Part shown: piece by piece, positions 20,751 through 32,327 of the stretch
Layout of the letters: every line of letters begins with the position of its first letter
How positions within the stretch are numbered: position 1 is the first letter of the stretch
From: an uncultured Clostridia bacterium
Lineage (GTDB): Bacteria; Bacillota; Clostridia; TANB77; CAG-508
Direction: 5' to 3'
DNA length: 64,000 nt
Assembly: GCA_934167175.1 (NCBI GenBank)
Contig: CAKPKF010000002.1
Coordinates: 25,787-89,786, forward strand
Notes under the pieces: generated by a model
What the model was told of the DNA's origin: nothing
The model's database searches: none
The model's input: the letters and a program-made list of their open reading frames with translations, nothing else
Translations under genes and position numbers: made by a program

Positions 20751-22818
20751 ATTATCATTTAGGAACATGAAAAAAAGCTTTAAAGATTATGCTATATATT
20801 TTTTGACACTAGTATTGGGAGTTGCAATATTTTATATGTTTAATTCTATAGATAGTCAGCAAGCAATGCTAGATATATCTGAATCAAAAAAACAAATAAT
20901 AAAGCTAATGATTCAAATGCTTGGAATGGTATCTGTGTTCATAGCAGTAATTTTAGGATTGCTAATTGTATATGCAAATAAATTTTTAATAAACAGGCGT
21001 AAAAAGGAATTTGGTATATATATGACTTTAGGTATGGGAAAAAGACAAATTTCTAAAATCATATTATTTGAGACAATATTAGTAGGAATAATATCATTAT
21101 TTGCTGGACTTGCATTTGGAGTATTTGCATCACAGTTTATGTCAGTGTTAGTAGCAAAAATATTTGAAGCCAACATGGATAAATTTACATTTATATTTTC
21201 AAAAGATGCTTGTATAAAAACTTGTGTATATTTTGCTATAATGTACTTTGTTGTTATGATTTTTAACACAATAACAATATCAAGATATAAATTAATAAAT
21301 TTATTAACAGCAACGAAGAAAAATGAAAAAGTAAAAATAAAAAATCCAATATTATCAGTCTTATTGTTTATTATTGCTTGTATAATATTAGGATGGGCTT
21401 ATTGGAAAGTAACAGTAAATCTAAAAGCATTAAAAGAAATACCTATGCCTATAATAGCAGGAATTATTGGTACAGTATTAGTATTTTGGTCTGCATCTGG
21501 TTTTGTTTTAAAAGTAGTGCAAATGAATAAAAAAGTGTATTTAAAAAATACTAATATGTTTGTTTTAAGACAATTAAATAATAAAATAAATACAACAGTA
21601 ATAAGTATGAGTGTAATATGTCTAATGTTATTTATGACAATAACTATACTATCAACAAGTTTAGCTTTACAGAATACAATGAAAAAAGACTTGCTAGAAA
21701 TGACACCAGTAGATATAAATTTATATAAACCAGCTAATATAGAAGATACTTATTTAGTTTATGGAAATCCACAAAAGGCAACAGAACAACAAAAAAAGGA
21801 TTCATATATTCCAGTAACGGAAACATTAAAAAATAATGGGTATGATGTTAAAAATTTAAAAGATATTGTAGAGTTTGCTATATACGGTACAGATGAATTA
21901 ACAGTAGAAAAATTTTTACAAAATAGTATGGATGAAGTAAGAGAAAAATATCCTTTACTAGATACAGAGTCTATAGAAGAAATAGTAAAAATATCAGATT
22001 ATAATAAAATTGCAAAATTGTATGGTCACCAAGAATATAGTTTAAATGATGATGAGTACATGGTTTTATGTGATTTTGATGGAATGAAACAAGTAAGAGA
22101 CTTAGCATTAAAAAAAGAAGCAACAATAACATTAAATGGAAAAAATTATAAAGCAAAATACAATGAATGCAAACCTGGATATGTATACATGTCTACAAGC
22201 CATGCTAATTTAGGAATTATACTTGTGCCAGATAGTTGTGATTTAAAAGAAAGTTGGAAAAAAACGCAGTTTTTAGCAGCAAATTATAATGCGAATACAG
22301 ATGAAGAAAAAGAACAAATGGAGAAGATGTTTATAAGCGATAATTCTAGTTTGGTACAAAAATTAAACAACGAAGGTACTACATTAGATGGACAAACAAA
22401 AATAAGTATAATTGAAGCAAGTGTTGGGGTATCAACTATAGTTGTATTTATAGCTATATATTTAGGAATAACATTTTTAATTGCAAGTTCTGCAATATTA
22501 GCTTTAAAACAACTAACAGAAAGTTCAGATAATAAACAAAGATATAGTATTTTAAGAAAAATAGGTTGTGACGAAAAAATGATAAATAGAGCATTGTTTA
22601 AACAAATAGCAATATTCTTTATGTTGCCACTAGTTGTAGCAATGGTACATTCTATATTCGGAATACAATTTGCATTGTATTGTATGTCAGCACTAGCAAG
22701 TAAAGAACAACTATTACCATCTGTTACTTCAACCATATTAATAATGGGGGCTATATATGGTATATACTTTATTTTTACATATGTAGAAAGTAAAAATATC
22801 ATTAAAGAAGAGCTATAA
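20737..22818 (+). CDS. Bce-type ABC transporter permease (FtsX-like, 10 TM with a large extracellular loop).
   Basis: 693 aa. Two FtsX-type TM bundles flanking a roughly 250-aa hydrophilic domain. Overlaps the ATPase gene. Confidence 0.85.
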   Translation: MMLFKLSFRNMKKSFKDYAIYFLTLVLGVAIFYMFNSIDSQQAMLDISESKKQIIKLMIQMLGMVSVFIAVILGLLIVYANKFLINRRKKEFGIYMTLGMGKRQISKIILFETILVGIISLFAGLAFGVFASQFMSVLVAKIFEANMDKFTFIFSKDACIKTCVYFAIMYFVVMIFNTITISRYKLINLLTATKKNEKVKIKNPILSVLLFIIACIILGWAYWKVTVNLKALKEIPMPIIAGIIGTVLVFWSASGFVLKVVQMNKKVYLKNTNMFVLRQLNNKINTTVISMSVICLMLFMTITILSTSLALQNTMKKDLLEMTPVDINLYKPANIEDTYLVYGNPQKATEQQKKDSYIPVTETLKNNGYDVKNLKDIVEFAIYGTDELTVEKFLQNSMDEVREKYPLLDTESIEEIVKISDYNKIAKLYGHQEYSLNDDEYMVLCDFDGMKQVRDLALKKEATITLNGKNYKAKYNECKPGYVYMSTSHANLGIILVPDSCDLKESWKKTQFLAANYNANTDEEKEQMEKMFISDNSSLVQKLNNEGTTLDGQTKISIIEASVGVSTIVVFIAIYLGITFLIASSAILALKQLTESSDNKQRYSILRKIGCDEKMINRALFKQIAIFFMLPLVVAMVHSIFGIQFALYCMSALASKEQLLPSVTSTILIMGAIYGIYFIFTYVESKNIIKEEL

Positions 22819-22839
22819 ATAAAATCCAATATTTAAAAT

Positions 22840-22872
22840 AAAAATACACTTAAATGTGTATTTTTATTTTTG
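22840..22872 (+). terminator. Rho-independent terminator.
   Basis: aaaatacacttaaatgtgtatttt followed by tatttttg. Confidence 0.6.
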
Positions 22873-22918
22873 ACTATAATATAACAAAATGATATAATTA
22901 TATCAAGAGGTGATATTT

Positions 22919-24031
22919 ATGATAGACTATAATGATATTGTAAATGCACAGAAATATACATATGATAGAAAAACAAAAAAAATATTTAATAAAGAAACTA
23001 AACAAGAAATAAAAGATTCAAAAGTGGTTCAAAAAGTTAAAGCTGCTTATTTGGTGATGTATCTTTTAAAAGAAAAAGAAAAAACAATGAACTTTAAAGA
23101 TAAAAATGAAAGATATAATACAAGATTAAAATATATAGATGATATAAATAATAAATTGGCAATGGGAATTTTAGATGGAACCAAAAATGGAGAAGTAACT
23201 TTTAATAGAAATCAAATTTATAGAGATTTTGGAAAAGCTTGTGAAAAATATAATGATTTGGCGAATGCTTTTGCAAATGAAAAATTAAATGAATATGGAA
23301 TGAAATGTGAAGAAATAAATTTTAATAAACCAACTCAAAGAGAAGAAATTGAAGGTATTGGTGGAAGTATAAATTTAAAAGAACTAAATACAACAAGATG
23401 TAAGTCTAATCCTAAAAATATAAAAAATAAGGAAAACTATATAAAAAATTTAATAGAAGCTTATGATAAAGTAGAAACAAATCAACATTATGAAAATAGA
23501 AAAATGAATGAAGAAAAAAATGTTTTTTTTGTTATGGATGCAATAAAAAATGGAAAAATGGATATAAAAAATTTAAAAAATTATCAATTTGTTGAACTGC
23601 TTAAAGCAGCAGATAGCATAACGTTAAATACAGGAAGAGATATTTTAAAAGAATTTAGCAATATTCCAGAAGTAAATGAAAGATTGAAAATATATAAAAA
23701 TAATAATGTAATAGGAATATTAAATAAGAAAAAGAGAAGAGAAGAAGCTTTACCTAAAACCCCATTAGAAAGCGAAAAAGAAATAGCAAATAAAGAGTTA
23801 GAGGAACAAGGCAATATTTCTAGTTTATTGACATTAGATAGGAATATTGTAAATAATAATAAAGAACTAAAAGGAATAGCCAAAAATGAAAAAGAAGCAA
23901 ACGAGCAATTGGCTACTAAAAGAATTATTGCAAGACAAGAAGGAAAAAATCCAAGTAAAATTCAATATATAAAAACAAAAAATGGATTACAATATAAAAT
24001 GCAAACAAATGATGAGAGAGAAAGGGAGTAA
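22919..24031 (+). CDS. Hypothetical Lys/Glu/Asn-rich protein (paralog family A, shares C-terminal modules with 24496-26706).
   Basis: RBS GAGGTGA. ADSITLNTGRDILKEFSNIPEVNERL and ARQEGKNPSKIQ match ADNLTIEGGRNYLEEFTNIPQINSIL and ARQQGKVPGKVK in the 736-aa paralog. Confidence 0.5.
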   Translation: MIDYNDIVNAQKYTYDRKTKKIFNKETKQEIKDSKVVQKVKAAYLVMYLLKEKEKTMNFKDKNERYNTRLKYIDDINNKLAMGILDGTKNGEVTFNRNQIYRDFGKACEKYNDLANAFANEKLNEYGMKCEEINFNKPTQREEIEGIGGSINLKELNTTRCKSNPKNIKNKENYIKNLIEAYDKVETNQHYENRKMNEEKNVFFVMDAIKNGKMDIKNLKNYQFVELLKAADSITLNTGRDILKEFSNIPEVNERLKIYKNNNVIGILNKKKRREEALPKTPLESEKEIANKELEEQGNISSLLTLDRNIVNNNKELKGIAKNEKEANEQLATKRIIARQEGKNPSKIQYIKTKNGLQYKMQTNDERERE

Positions 24032-24034
24032 AAT

Positions 24035-24484
24035 ATGGAAAATAGTGTAGCTAGAGCATATGCGGAGGTAGATAAAATACTATCATATATGGATAAAAAA
24101 AATATAGATAAAATACCTTTAAAATTAAGAGACATGATAAAAGAAGAAAAAGAACGTGGATATGAACCTAATATAAATCCTAATATTTCATTAGCAGACC
24201 AAAACCTACAAAGAAAAACATTAGCAATGCTTGCGATGTTTAATCTTAATTATTGGTGTGAAAGTGAAGAGGAAAAACAAAAATTGTTGCAACAATATGC
24301 AAAAAATGAAAAAGTAAAAGAAGCAGAGATAAGAGAAAAATATAACCCAGATGAAATCTTTAAAAATAAAAATGAAGTAAATAAAAGTGCAACAAATGTG
24401 GAAATGATTGAATATAAAAGAAAAAATTTCATACAAGATATAATTCAGAAAATACAGAGATTATTTAAAACAAGAAAAAGTTAG
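24035..24484 (+). CDS. Hypothetical 149-aa protein between two paralogs.
   Basis: RBS AGGGAG. 3-nt gap from the upstream gene. No recognisable domain. Confidence 0.45.
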   Translation: MENSVARAYAEVDKILSYMDKKNIDKIPLKLRDMIKEEKERGYEPNINPNISLADQNLQRKTLAMLAMFNLNYWCESEEEKQKLLQQYAKNEKVKEAEIREKYNPDEIFKNKNEVNKSATNVEMIEYKRKNFIQDIIQKIQRLFKTRKS

Positions 24485-24495
24485 GAGATAGTATT

Positions 24496-26706
24496 ATGGA
24501 TAATTTAACAGAGGTAATTTCAAATGTAAAGAACCCATTAGATGATGAAAAAACTATGGAAAAACTAATAGATATGTATGAAAAAAGTGAAAGAAGATCA
24601 TATAAACATAATCCGTTTTATGCGGATTTAGTGAAATCTGAAGATAATGGTAATAGCAGTATAAATATAATGGATAAAGAAAAATTTTTAATAAAAACAT
24701 ATAATCAATGGATAAATAATGTAAAAAAGATGAAATCCGAAGATAAAGAAATAATTAAACTACAAAATAATCTTTCAAAAGTAGGCGAGATAAAATCAAT
24801 GAGAGATATAGAAAATTTGAAAGATAATTATTTATTTGGTAAATACAAAGAAGGCTGGGAGATAGAAACTAATGGATGGAGTCATGTAAAATCTAGATAT
24901 ATTACAGAACATCAAGAAAAGAGAATAAAAGTAAAACATAGATTATATGTAGGATGTCAAAATCAAGATGTTTGGAAGATGGCAGATTTGTTTAAAACAA
25001 AATGCGAAGAACTAAAGATTCCATATTATTTCAAAACTTCTGAATCAAGAATGGACAATATGGTTATATATGCGGATACAGAAAATTGGTTAAAATATAT
25101 AAACATTTTAGAAAGCATTGGAAAAGAACATCCAGAGATAATTGAAAGGTGTTCAAAACCGCCTATGATAACAGGAAATTTGGAGAACTGGATTGGAATA
25201 GGAGATGAACCTCAACAAACATATAATAATGGTGGATTGTCATACAATTCAACTAGAGCAGAGATAATAGAGGATTCAATAGAAAGGGTATTGTTAAAAG
25301 ATATAGGAAAATATAAAGGAAAAAATATTAATATAAATGGTAAAGAGATATCATTTAATAAAATATTTTTAGACAAGGCTACAAACTACATAATGAATTC
25401 AAAAAACATAAAAGGAAACTCAAAACAAATAAGAGAAGAGTTGAAAAAAAATCTTTCAAAAGGGTTAAAAAGGTTAGAACAAGTAGAAAGCAAAAAATCA
25501 GATTTAGCAAAATCAAATATAGATGCTATATTTTCAATAGGAAACATAGGGATAGACACCTATGATATGGATAAAATAATAAAAGAAATATTACCAGTAA
25601 TTAGACAGGTAGATTCCAACTTTAAAGAAAAAGTAAAAGATGATATGGATTTGAGGTTAGAAAAAGTTGGTATTGACCCAAAAGCTTTTTGCTTTCAAAA
25701 AAGTACAATAGAAAGAGCTAAGCAATTAAAAACATTAGAAGATAAAAGTGTAATAGAAAAAACGGACAGGAATACAGAAATTGATAATAGTGAAGTAGAA
25801 CAAGTAACTAAAAAAATAGAAGTGAAAAATAACAAAATGGATTGGATTAAAGGTTTTATAAATGATTATGATGTGACAGAAAAAGAGTACCAATATGAAA
25901 CTAGATTTGCAAAAGAAGACTTTAATATGAAATCAGTGTTAGCGAGCATAGAGAATAATTTTTATGCTGGAAATATGTCAGAAAATATAAATCCAAAACT
26001 AGTAAAAGCTAAAATGGGCGATGAATTTAAATACGAGTATTCACAAAAACAAGTATCTGCAATGGCAAGATTATTAAAAGCAGCGGATAATTTAACAATA
26101 GAAGGAGGCAGAAATTACCTAGAAGAATTTACTAATATTCCACAAATAAATAGCATATTATTGCAAATGAAAAAAAGTGAATATGTTAAAGAAATGCAAA
26201 ATCTAGCAGAAAAAAATAGAAAAAATCAAACTATACCTAAATATCAAAAAACAAATGCAGAACAAGACAAGAGATACGCTCAAGTGTATTTAAAAAGTGG
26301 AATTTTAAGTAAAAATAGTATAAAAGAAGAAATTGAATATAGACAAAACTTACTAAATAGTAATGAAGTTATGGTATATGCAGGAGCAAAAAACAAAAAT
26401 GAAATACCATTAATAGCGAAACAAAAAGCATCACTAGAAAGAGTATTAGCTAGACAACAAGGAAAAGTGCCTGGCAAAGTAAAATCTGAAAATAAAGATG
26501 GAAAATGGACTTTTGAAGTAGACACACAAAAAAATCAAGAAAAAGATATATTCACAGAACTGATTGAGGATAGTAAAAAAATTACACCAGAAAGTATAAC
26601 AAGAGATACAATTGAAGCAAATATAACAAAACAAGAAATAGAGCAAGTTATAAATGAAACAAAGAAAGTAAGAAACAAACAAATTTCAAACGAATTAACT
26701 AAATAA
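24496..26706 (+). CDS. Hypothetical 736-aa protein (paralog family A/B hub).
   Basis: RBS AGGAGA. No signal peptide or TM. C-terminal module ANITKQEIEQVINETKKVRNKQ is shared with 29467-31272. Confidence 0.5.
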   Translation: MDNLTEVISNVKNPLDDEKTMEKLIDMYEKSERRSYKHNPFYADLVKSEDNGNSSINIMDKEKFLIKTYNQWINNVKKMKSEDKEIIKLQNNLSKVGEIKSMRDIENLKDNYLFGKYKEGWEIETNGWSHVKSRYITEHQEKRIKVKHRLYVGCQNQDVWKMADLFKTKCEELKIPYYFKTSESRMDNMVIYADTENWLKYINILESIGKEHPEIIERCSKPPMITGNLENWIGIGDEPQQTYNNGGLSYNSTRAEIIEDSIERVLLKDIGKYKGKNININGKEISFNKIFLDKATNYIMNSKNIKGNSKQIREELKKNLSKGLKRLEQVESKKSDLAKSNIDAIFSIGNIGIDTYDMDKIIKEILPVIRQVDSNFKEKVKDDMDLRLEKVGIDPKAFCFQKSTIERAKQLKTLEDKSVIEKTDRNTEIDNSEVEQVTKKIEVKNNKMDWIKGFINDYDVTEKEYQYETRFAKEDFNMKSVLASIENNFYAGNMSENINPKLVKAKMGDEFKYEYSQKQVSAMARLLKAADNLTIEGGRNYLEEFTNIPQINSILLQMKKSEYVKEMQNLAEKNRKNQTIPKYQKTNAEQDKRYAQVYLKSGILSKNSIKEEIEYRQNLLNSNEVMVYAGAKNKNEIPLIAKQKASLERVLARQQGKVPGKVKSENKDGKWTFEVDTQKNQEKDIFTELIEDSKKITPESITRDTIEANITKQEIEQVINETKKVRNKQISNELTK

Positions 26707-26711
26707 AAAAG

Positions 26712-26750
26712 TAGTGATATGATTAAAAATTAGTCATATCACTTTTTTGA
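26712..26750 (+). terminator. Rho-independent terminator.
   Basis: gtgatatgatta-aaaat-tagtcatatcac followed by tttttttg. Confidence 0.6.
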
Positions 26751-26811
26751 AGTTCTAAAAAATGTGATACTTGAATAAAATATATAATAAAAGTATAGGA
26801 GGAATTTATAT

Positions 26812-27209
26812 ATGGGAGATAATGCAGAAGTTGGAAATAGAATAATAAAAATAGGAAAAGGAATATTAATTTCAATAATACTAACTTTAGTTTTATTATT
26901 TATTTTTTCGGCTATTTTAACATATAGTAATAATATACCAGAGGCTACTATTCCAACTGTAATTTTAATAATAACTGGACTTAGTATTTTGATAGGAAGT
27001 TCTATTAGCACAATAAAGCTAAAGAAAAATGGGATTATAAATGGTGGAATTATTGGAGGGCTATATATTACATTATTATATATATTGTCAAGTATACTAA
27101 AAACAGGGTTTGAATTTAATACATACTCTATAATAATTATTGCAATTTCGATAGTTGCAGGAATGATTCGGTGGAATTGTTGGTGTAAATATAAAAGGAG
27201 GAAAATAAA
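26812..27209 (+). CDS. Small Gly-rich multi-TM membrane protein. Contains an in-frame CGG (27169-27171). With a +1 skip it ends ...AGMI-GGIVGVNIKGGK* at 27209; without the skip it ends at 27216.
   Basis: RBS AGGAGG. Internal motif GIINGGIIGGLYI. The +1 reading after CGG (GGIVGV) continues the same Gly-rich TM style. The frame-0 reading gives RWNCWCKYKRRKIKN. Confidence 0.4.
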
Positions 27210-27261
27210 AAATTAAAATCAAACAGAAATGTGAATAATGTGTGAATTTTAAAAAATTCTA

Positions 27262-27290
27262 TTGACTTTTTATATAATAAGGTATAAATT
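27262..27290 (+). promoter_or_regulatory. groESL promoter (-35 TTGACT, -10 about ATAAAT).
   Basis: TTGACT at 27262-27267 with an A/T-rich -10 about 16 nt downstream, directly upstream of CIRCE. Confidence 0.45.
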
Positions 27291-27291
27291 A

Positions 27292-27318
27292 TTAGCAGTC
27301 GCTTAAGAAGAGTGCTAA
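27292..27318 (+). promoter_or_regulatory. CIRCE (HrcA operator) inverted repeat.
   Basis: TTAGCAGTC-gcttaagaa-GAGTGCTAA against the consensus TTAGCACTC-N9-GAGTGCTAA, 24 nt upstream of groES. Confidence 0.85.
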
Positions 27319-27329
27319 TAATTTTTTGA

Positions 27330-27623
<294 letters not shown>

Positions 27624-27632
27624 TTTAAATTA

Positions 27633-29316
<1,684 letters not shown>

Positions 29317-29466
29317 TAAAAATAATCGTATAAAATAATAAAAAGACAAAGTCTTTATTAGTTATGCTAAATAAGGGCTTTGTTTTTTATATTGTTTTAA
29401 ATTTTGTGTTATGCTATAATTCCATTATAAATATCACATTAGAGAAATTATTAAGGGGGAATTAAT

Positions 29467-31272
29467 TTGGATAATAAACAAACCCAAAATATCAAGGAAT
29501 ACTTAAGAATAAAAGATTCACAAGATATAAGTTGCAATATAGAACAAAAAAAAGTCAAAAATGAAATTCAAAAAAATGAAATCCATAGTTGGCTAAAATA
29601 TTTTCAAAATAATAATTTAAATGAGAATGATGAAGAAGTAATAAAAAAAATACAAGATAGTATTACTAAAATATTTAAAGCAGAAATAGAAGAATTAGGC
29701 TATAAATTTGAACCTAATGACCAAGAAAAAAGTGATATAATACTAAATATGATAAATGATGCAAGTAAACCTAAGAGTGGTTCACATGAATATAGAAAAA
29801 GAGTTAAATTTAATGGAGATGTAGAAAAAGATAAAAGTAGAATAACATATAATATACATCCAATTTCTGCTAGATTAAAAAGTCAAAATATAGAGACTAG
29901 GTTAACAGCGTGTAAAGAAATGTTTAAAGATGTGTTTCATGAGATAGAACATGAATGTCAATGGCGTATGATAGATTTAGGAATTAGCAACAAAGAAGCT
30001 TTAATGTATGCAAGAGATTATGCTTTGCAGAACTGGTTGAATAAAGATTTCTGCAGTTTCGATATAGAAACAGGAAATTATGAAAGACTTGCAGTAGAAA
30101 GTGATGCTAATGAAATTGGGTACAAAAAGTATCTAAATCTTATAGGTGAAAATGATAAAAAAACAGAATCGTTAAGAGATGCGGAGGCAGTAAAAAAAGG
30201 TTTAGGAATGTATAAGATAAACACGACATCTTTTGATGGTGGTTCAAGATACAATAGTCATGGATTAAAAGAAAGAGATGACATATCAGATGAAATATTA
30301 GATGACCTCATATGCAATAGAAAATTTACAGATATCTTAAAAATGTGCCCCATTTTAACAAAAGAATATAACATAGATGGAACCAAAAGAAATTCATTAG
30401 AATTAATAAATAATATGAATTCAGAAATTAAACAAATTTCTGAAAATTCAGTAATTAATGATAAAGAAAAAATAGAAATAACACAAGATATAAAAGAAAT
30501 GTATTATGAACTAATATATAGAATGTTAGAAAAAGAAGAACCAAACCAGCTTATGCAAACAAAAAATAAAATAGGAAACGAAAAAAGCAAAAGAATTTTT
30601 GAAGATATGAGTAAATATTTCCAGAAAGAAAAAGATTCAAAAATAAAAATATCTGAGAAAATGAAAGAATCTTCTATATTTGTTCCACCTTCAAATAATG
30701 GTAGTATACAAGTAGAGAAAAACGGAAGCAAAGTTAGAGTTTCATTTTACGAATTTATGAGAATGATAAATCCAGAAGTAATGAAAAAAAGATTTACATT
30801 GCCAAATGGTAGAAATTCAATAAGCTCAGAGGAATTTTTAAGAAAATTTGGTTTTCAGTATTTACCACAAGATGGAGAAATGGTTTTAAAGAATGGAACA
30901 AAAATTTCAGCATTACAATATGCAGAAGAATATATGTTACAAAAAATGGACTCACAATTAAAAAAAGACTATCAGATGATTAATTTTTTAGAAGATACTA
31001 TCCAGTCAGCTAATGCAGTAAAGGAACAAGAAGAAACTAAAGCAAGAATAGATAATTATTATGAAAACAAAAAACAAGTTATTAATAACATAATAGATAG
31101 AGTAACTGACGAACCAGGGAAAATAAATAGTCAAGAAGAAAATATTAACATAAAGCCACATAATATAGCTAAAGATACAGTGAAATCCAATATAACCAAA
31201 CAAGAAATTAAAGAAGTAATGAATGATATTCAAAAAACAAAAAATCAACAAAATAATGAAAAGGAAAAATAA
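29467..31272 (+). CDS. Hypothetical 601-aa protein (paralog family B) with a possible HExxH motif. TTG start.
   Basis: RBS AAGGGGGA then TTG. FHEIEHECQW (HExxH). C-terminal SNITKQEIKEVMNDIQKTKNQQ matches the C-terminus of 24496-26706 (about 70% nt identity over roughly 90 nt). Confidence 0.5.
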   Translation: MDNKQTQNIKEYLRIKDSQDISCNIEQKKVKNEIQKNEIHSWLKYFQNNNLNENDEEVIKKIQDSITKIFKAEIEELGYKFEPNDQEKSDIILNMINDASKPKSGSHEYRKRVKFNGDVEKDKSRITYNIHPISARLKSQNIETRLTACKEMFKDVFHEIEHECQWRMIDLGISNKEALMYARDYALQNWLNKDFCSFDIETGNYERLAVESDANEIGYKKYLNLIGENDKKTESLRDAEAVKKGLGMYKINTTSFDGGSRYNSHGLKERDDISDEILDDLICNRKFTDILKMCPILTKEYNIDGTKRNSLELINNMNSEIKQISENSVINDKEKIEITQDIKEMYYELIYRMLEKEEPNQLMQTKNKIGNEKSKRIFEDMSKYFQKEKDSKIKISEKMKESSIFVPPSNNGSIQVEKNGSKVRVSFYEFMRMINPEVMKKRFTLPNGRNSISSEEFLRKFGFQYLPQDGEMVLKNGTKISALQYAEEYMLQKMDSQLKKDYQMINFLEDTIQSANAVKEQEETKARIDNYYENKKQVINNIIDRVTDEPGKINSQEENINIKPHNIAKDTVKSNITKQEIKEVMNDIQKTKNQQNNEKEK

Positions 31273-31282
31273 AAAAAGATTA

Positions 31283-31330
31283 ATTTAGAAGTGTGCACTA
31301 AATACTTATTAAAATTTAGGACACACTTCA
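31283..31330. terminator. Bidirectional terminator between convergent genes.
   Basis: gaagtgtgcact...aggacacacttc hairpin in an AT-rich context. Confidence 0.45.
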
Positions 31331-31336
31331 TTTCTA

Positions 31337-32143
31337 TTAAATTTCTAAACTTCTAATTACATTATCAGTAAATACTTGTCCAGAAATAATACAACCAGTA
31401 ACTTTATTATTTTCAAATGTAGTTTTAGCAGTAATAATTTTTCCAGAAGGTTGTAGTAGGTCTAAAGAAATACTATTGGCAACTTCTAAACTTTTTACAA
31501 TAGAAGTAGCAGCAGTACCACTACCACAAGCAGTTTCATAAAAACAAGTATCTATAGATTTTACCCATACAATTGGGTGGATTTTTAATACATTATTAAT
31601 TTCTTCTTGAAAGATTACTCCAACTGCAGAATCATCTATATTAAAATCTTTTCTAATTTGTTTTGATATATTTTTTATGTGTTCAGTATCTTTATATATA
31701 ATATCTAGATATTTAGAAGAAGCTTCAACGCCTAATATAATATGTGTAATTCCTTCTAATTTTACGCTTTTTATATCATCAGATAATGTAGTAACAACAT
31801 CAGGACCAGTATATATAGGAAGCTCAGCCCAAGCATTTTTTTGTGCATCAACACCAGACTTTATATGTCCACTAGTTCCAGAAACTTTTATGTTTATTGA
31901 ACCTTTTTCTCCATTTAAATAGTAGTAAGCACTACTTCTTGTAGCATTACCACAAAACTCTCCACCAGCCATATTTAGTTCATAAGAACTTGTTGAAAGA
32001 AAACCAACTTGTTCTACATTTGGGTGTAAATCCATTATCTTATCATTTATTTCTTTTTTTTCAAGATTTGTGAAATCTGAACCAATAACTAAACCAGTAT
32101 CATTACCACAAGGGCTATATAAAATATAATTTATTTTTTTCAA
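31337..32143 (-). CDS. Diaminopimelate epimerase-family (DapF/PhzF fold) protein.
   Basis: Two Cys-containing active-site-like motifs, SPCGNDTG and ACGSGTAATS, resembling DapF GNDF / CGNG...ACGTGA. At 268 aa it is slightly shorter than canonical DapF. Confidence 0.55.
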   Translation of the reverse strand: MKKINYILYSPCGNDTGLVIGSDFTNLEKKEINDKIMDLHPNVEQVGFLSTSSYELNMAGGEFCGNATRSSAYYYLNGEKGSINIKVSGTSGHIKSGVDAQKNAWAELPIYTGPDVVTTLSDDIKSVKLEGITHIILGVEASSKYLDIIYKDTEHIKNISKQIRKDFNIDDSAVGVIFQEEINNVLKIHPIVWVKSIDTCFYETACGSGTAATSIVKSLEVANSISLDLLQPSGKIITAKTTFENNKVTGCIISGQVFTDNVIRSLEI

Positions 32144-32327
32144 AAGTAATCACATCCTTTAAATTTTATGTATACATATTATATGATAAAATGCTTTTTG
32201 TCAATTTCTTAAGACATAAATAGGATTGGACAGGTAAAAATATTAAGTATTTTCTTGGTGAGTAGTATATGCAGTTTACAAAATTAACATAATGTGTTAA
32301 AATTAAATAGTGTAAAGGAGGCGTGAG

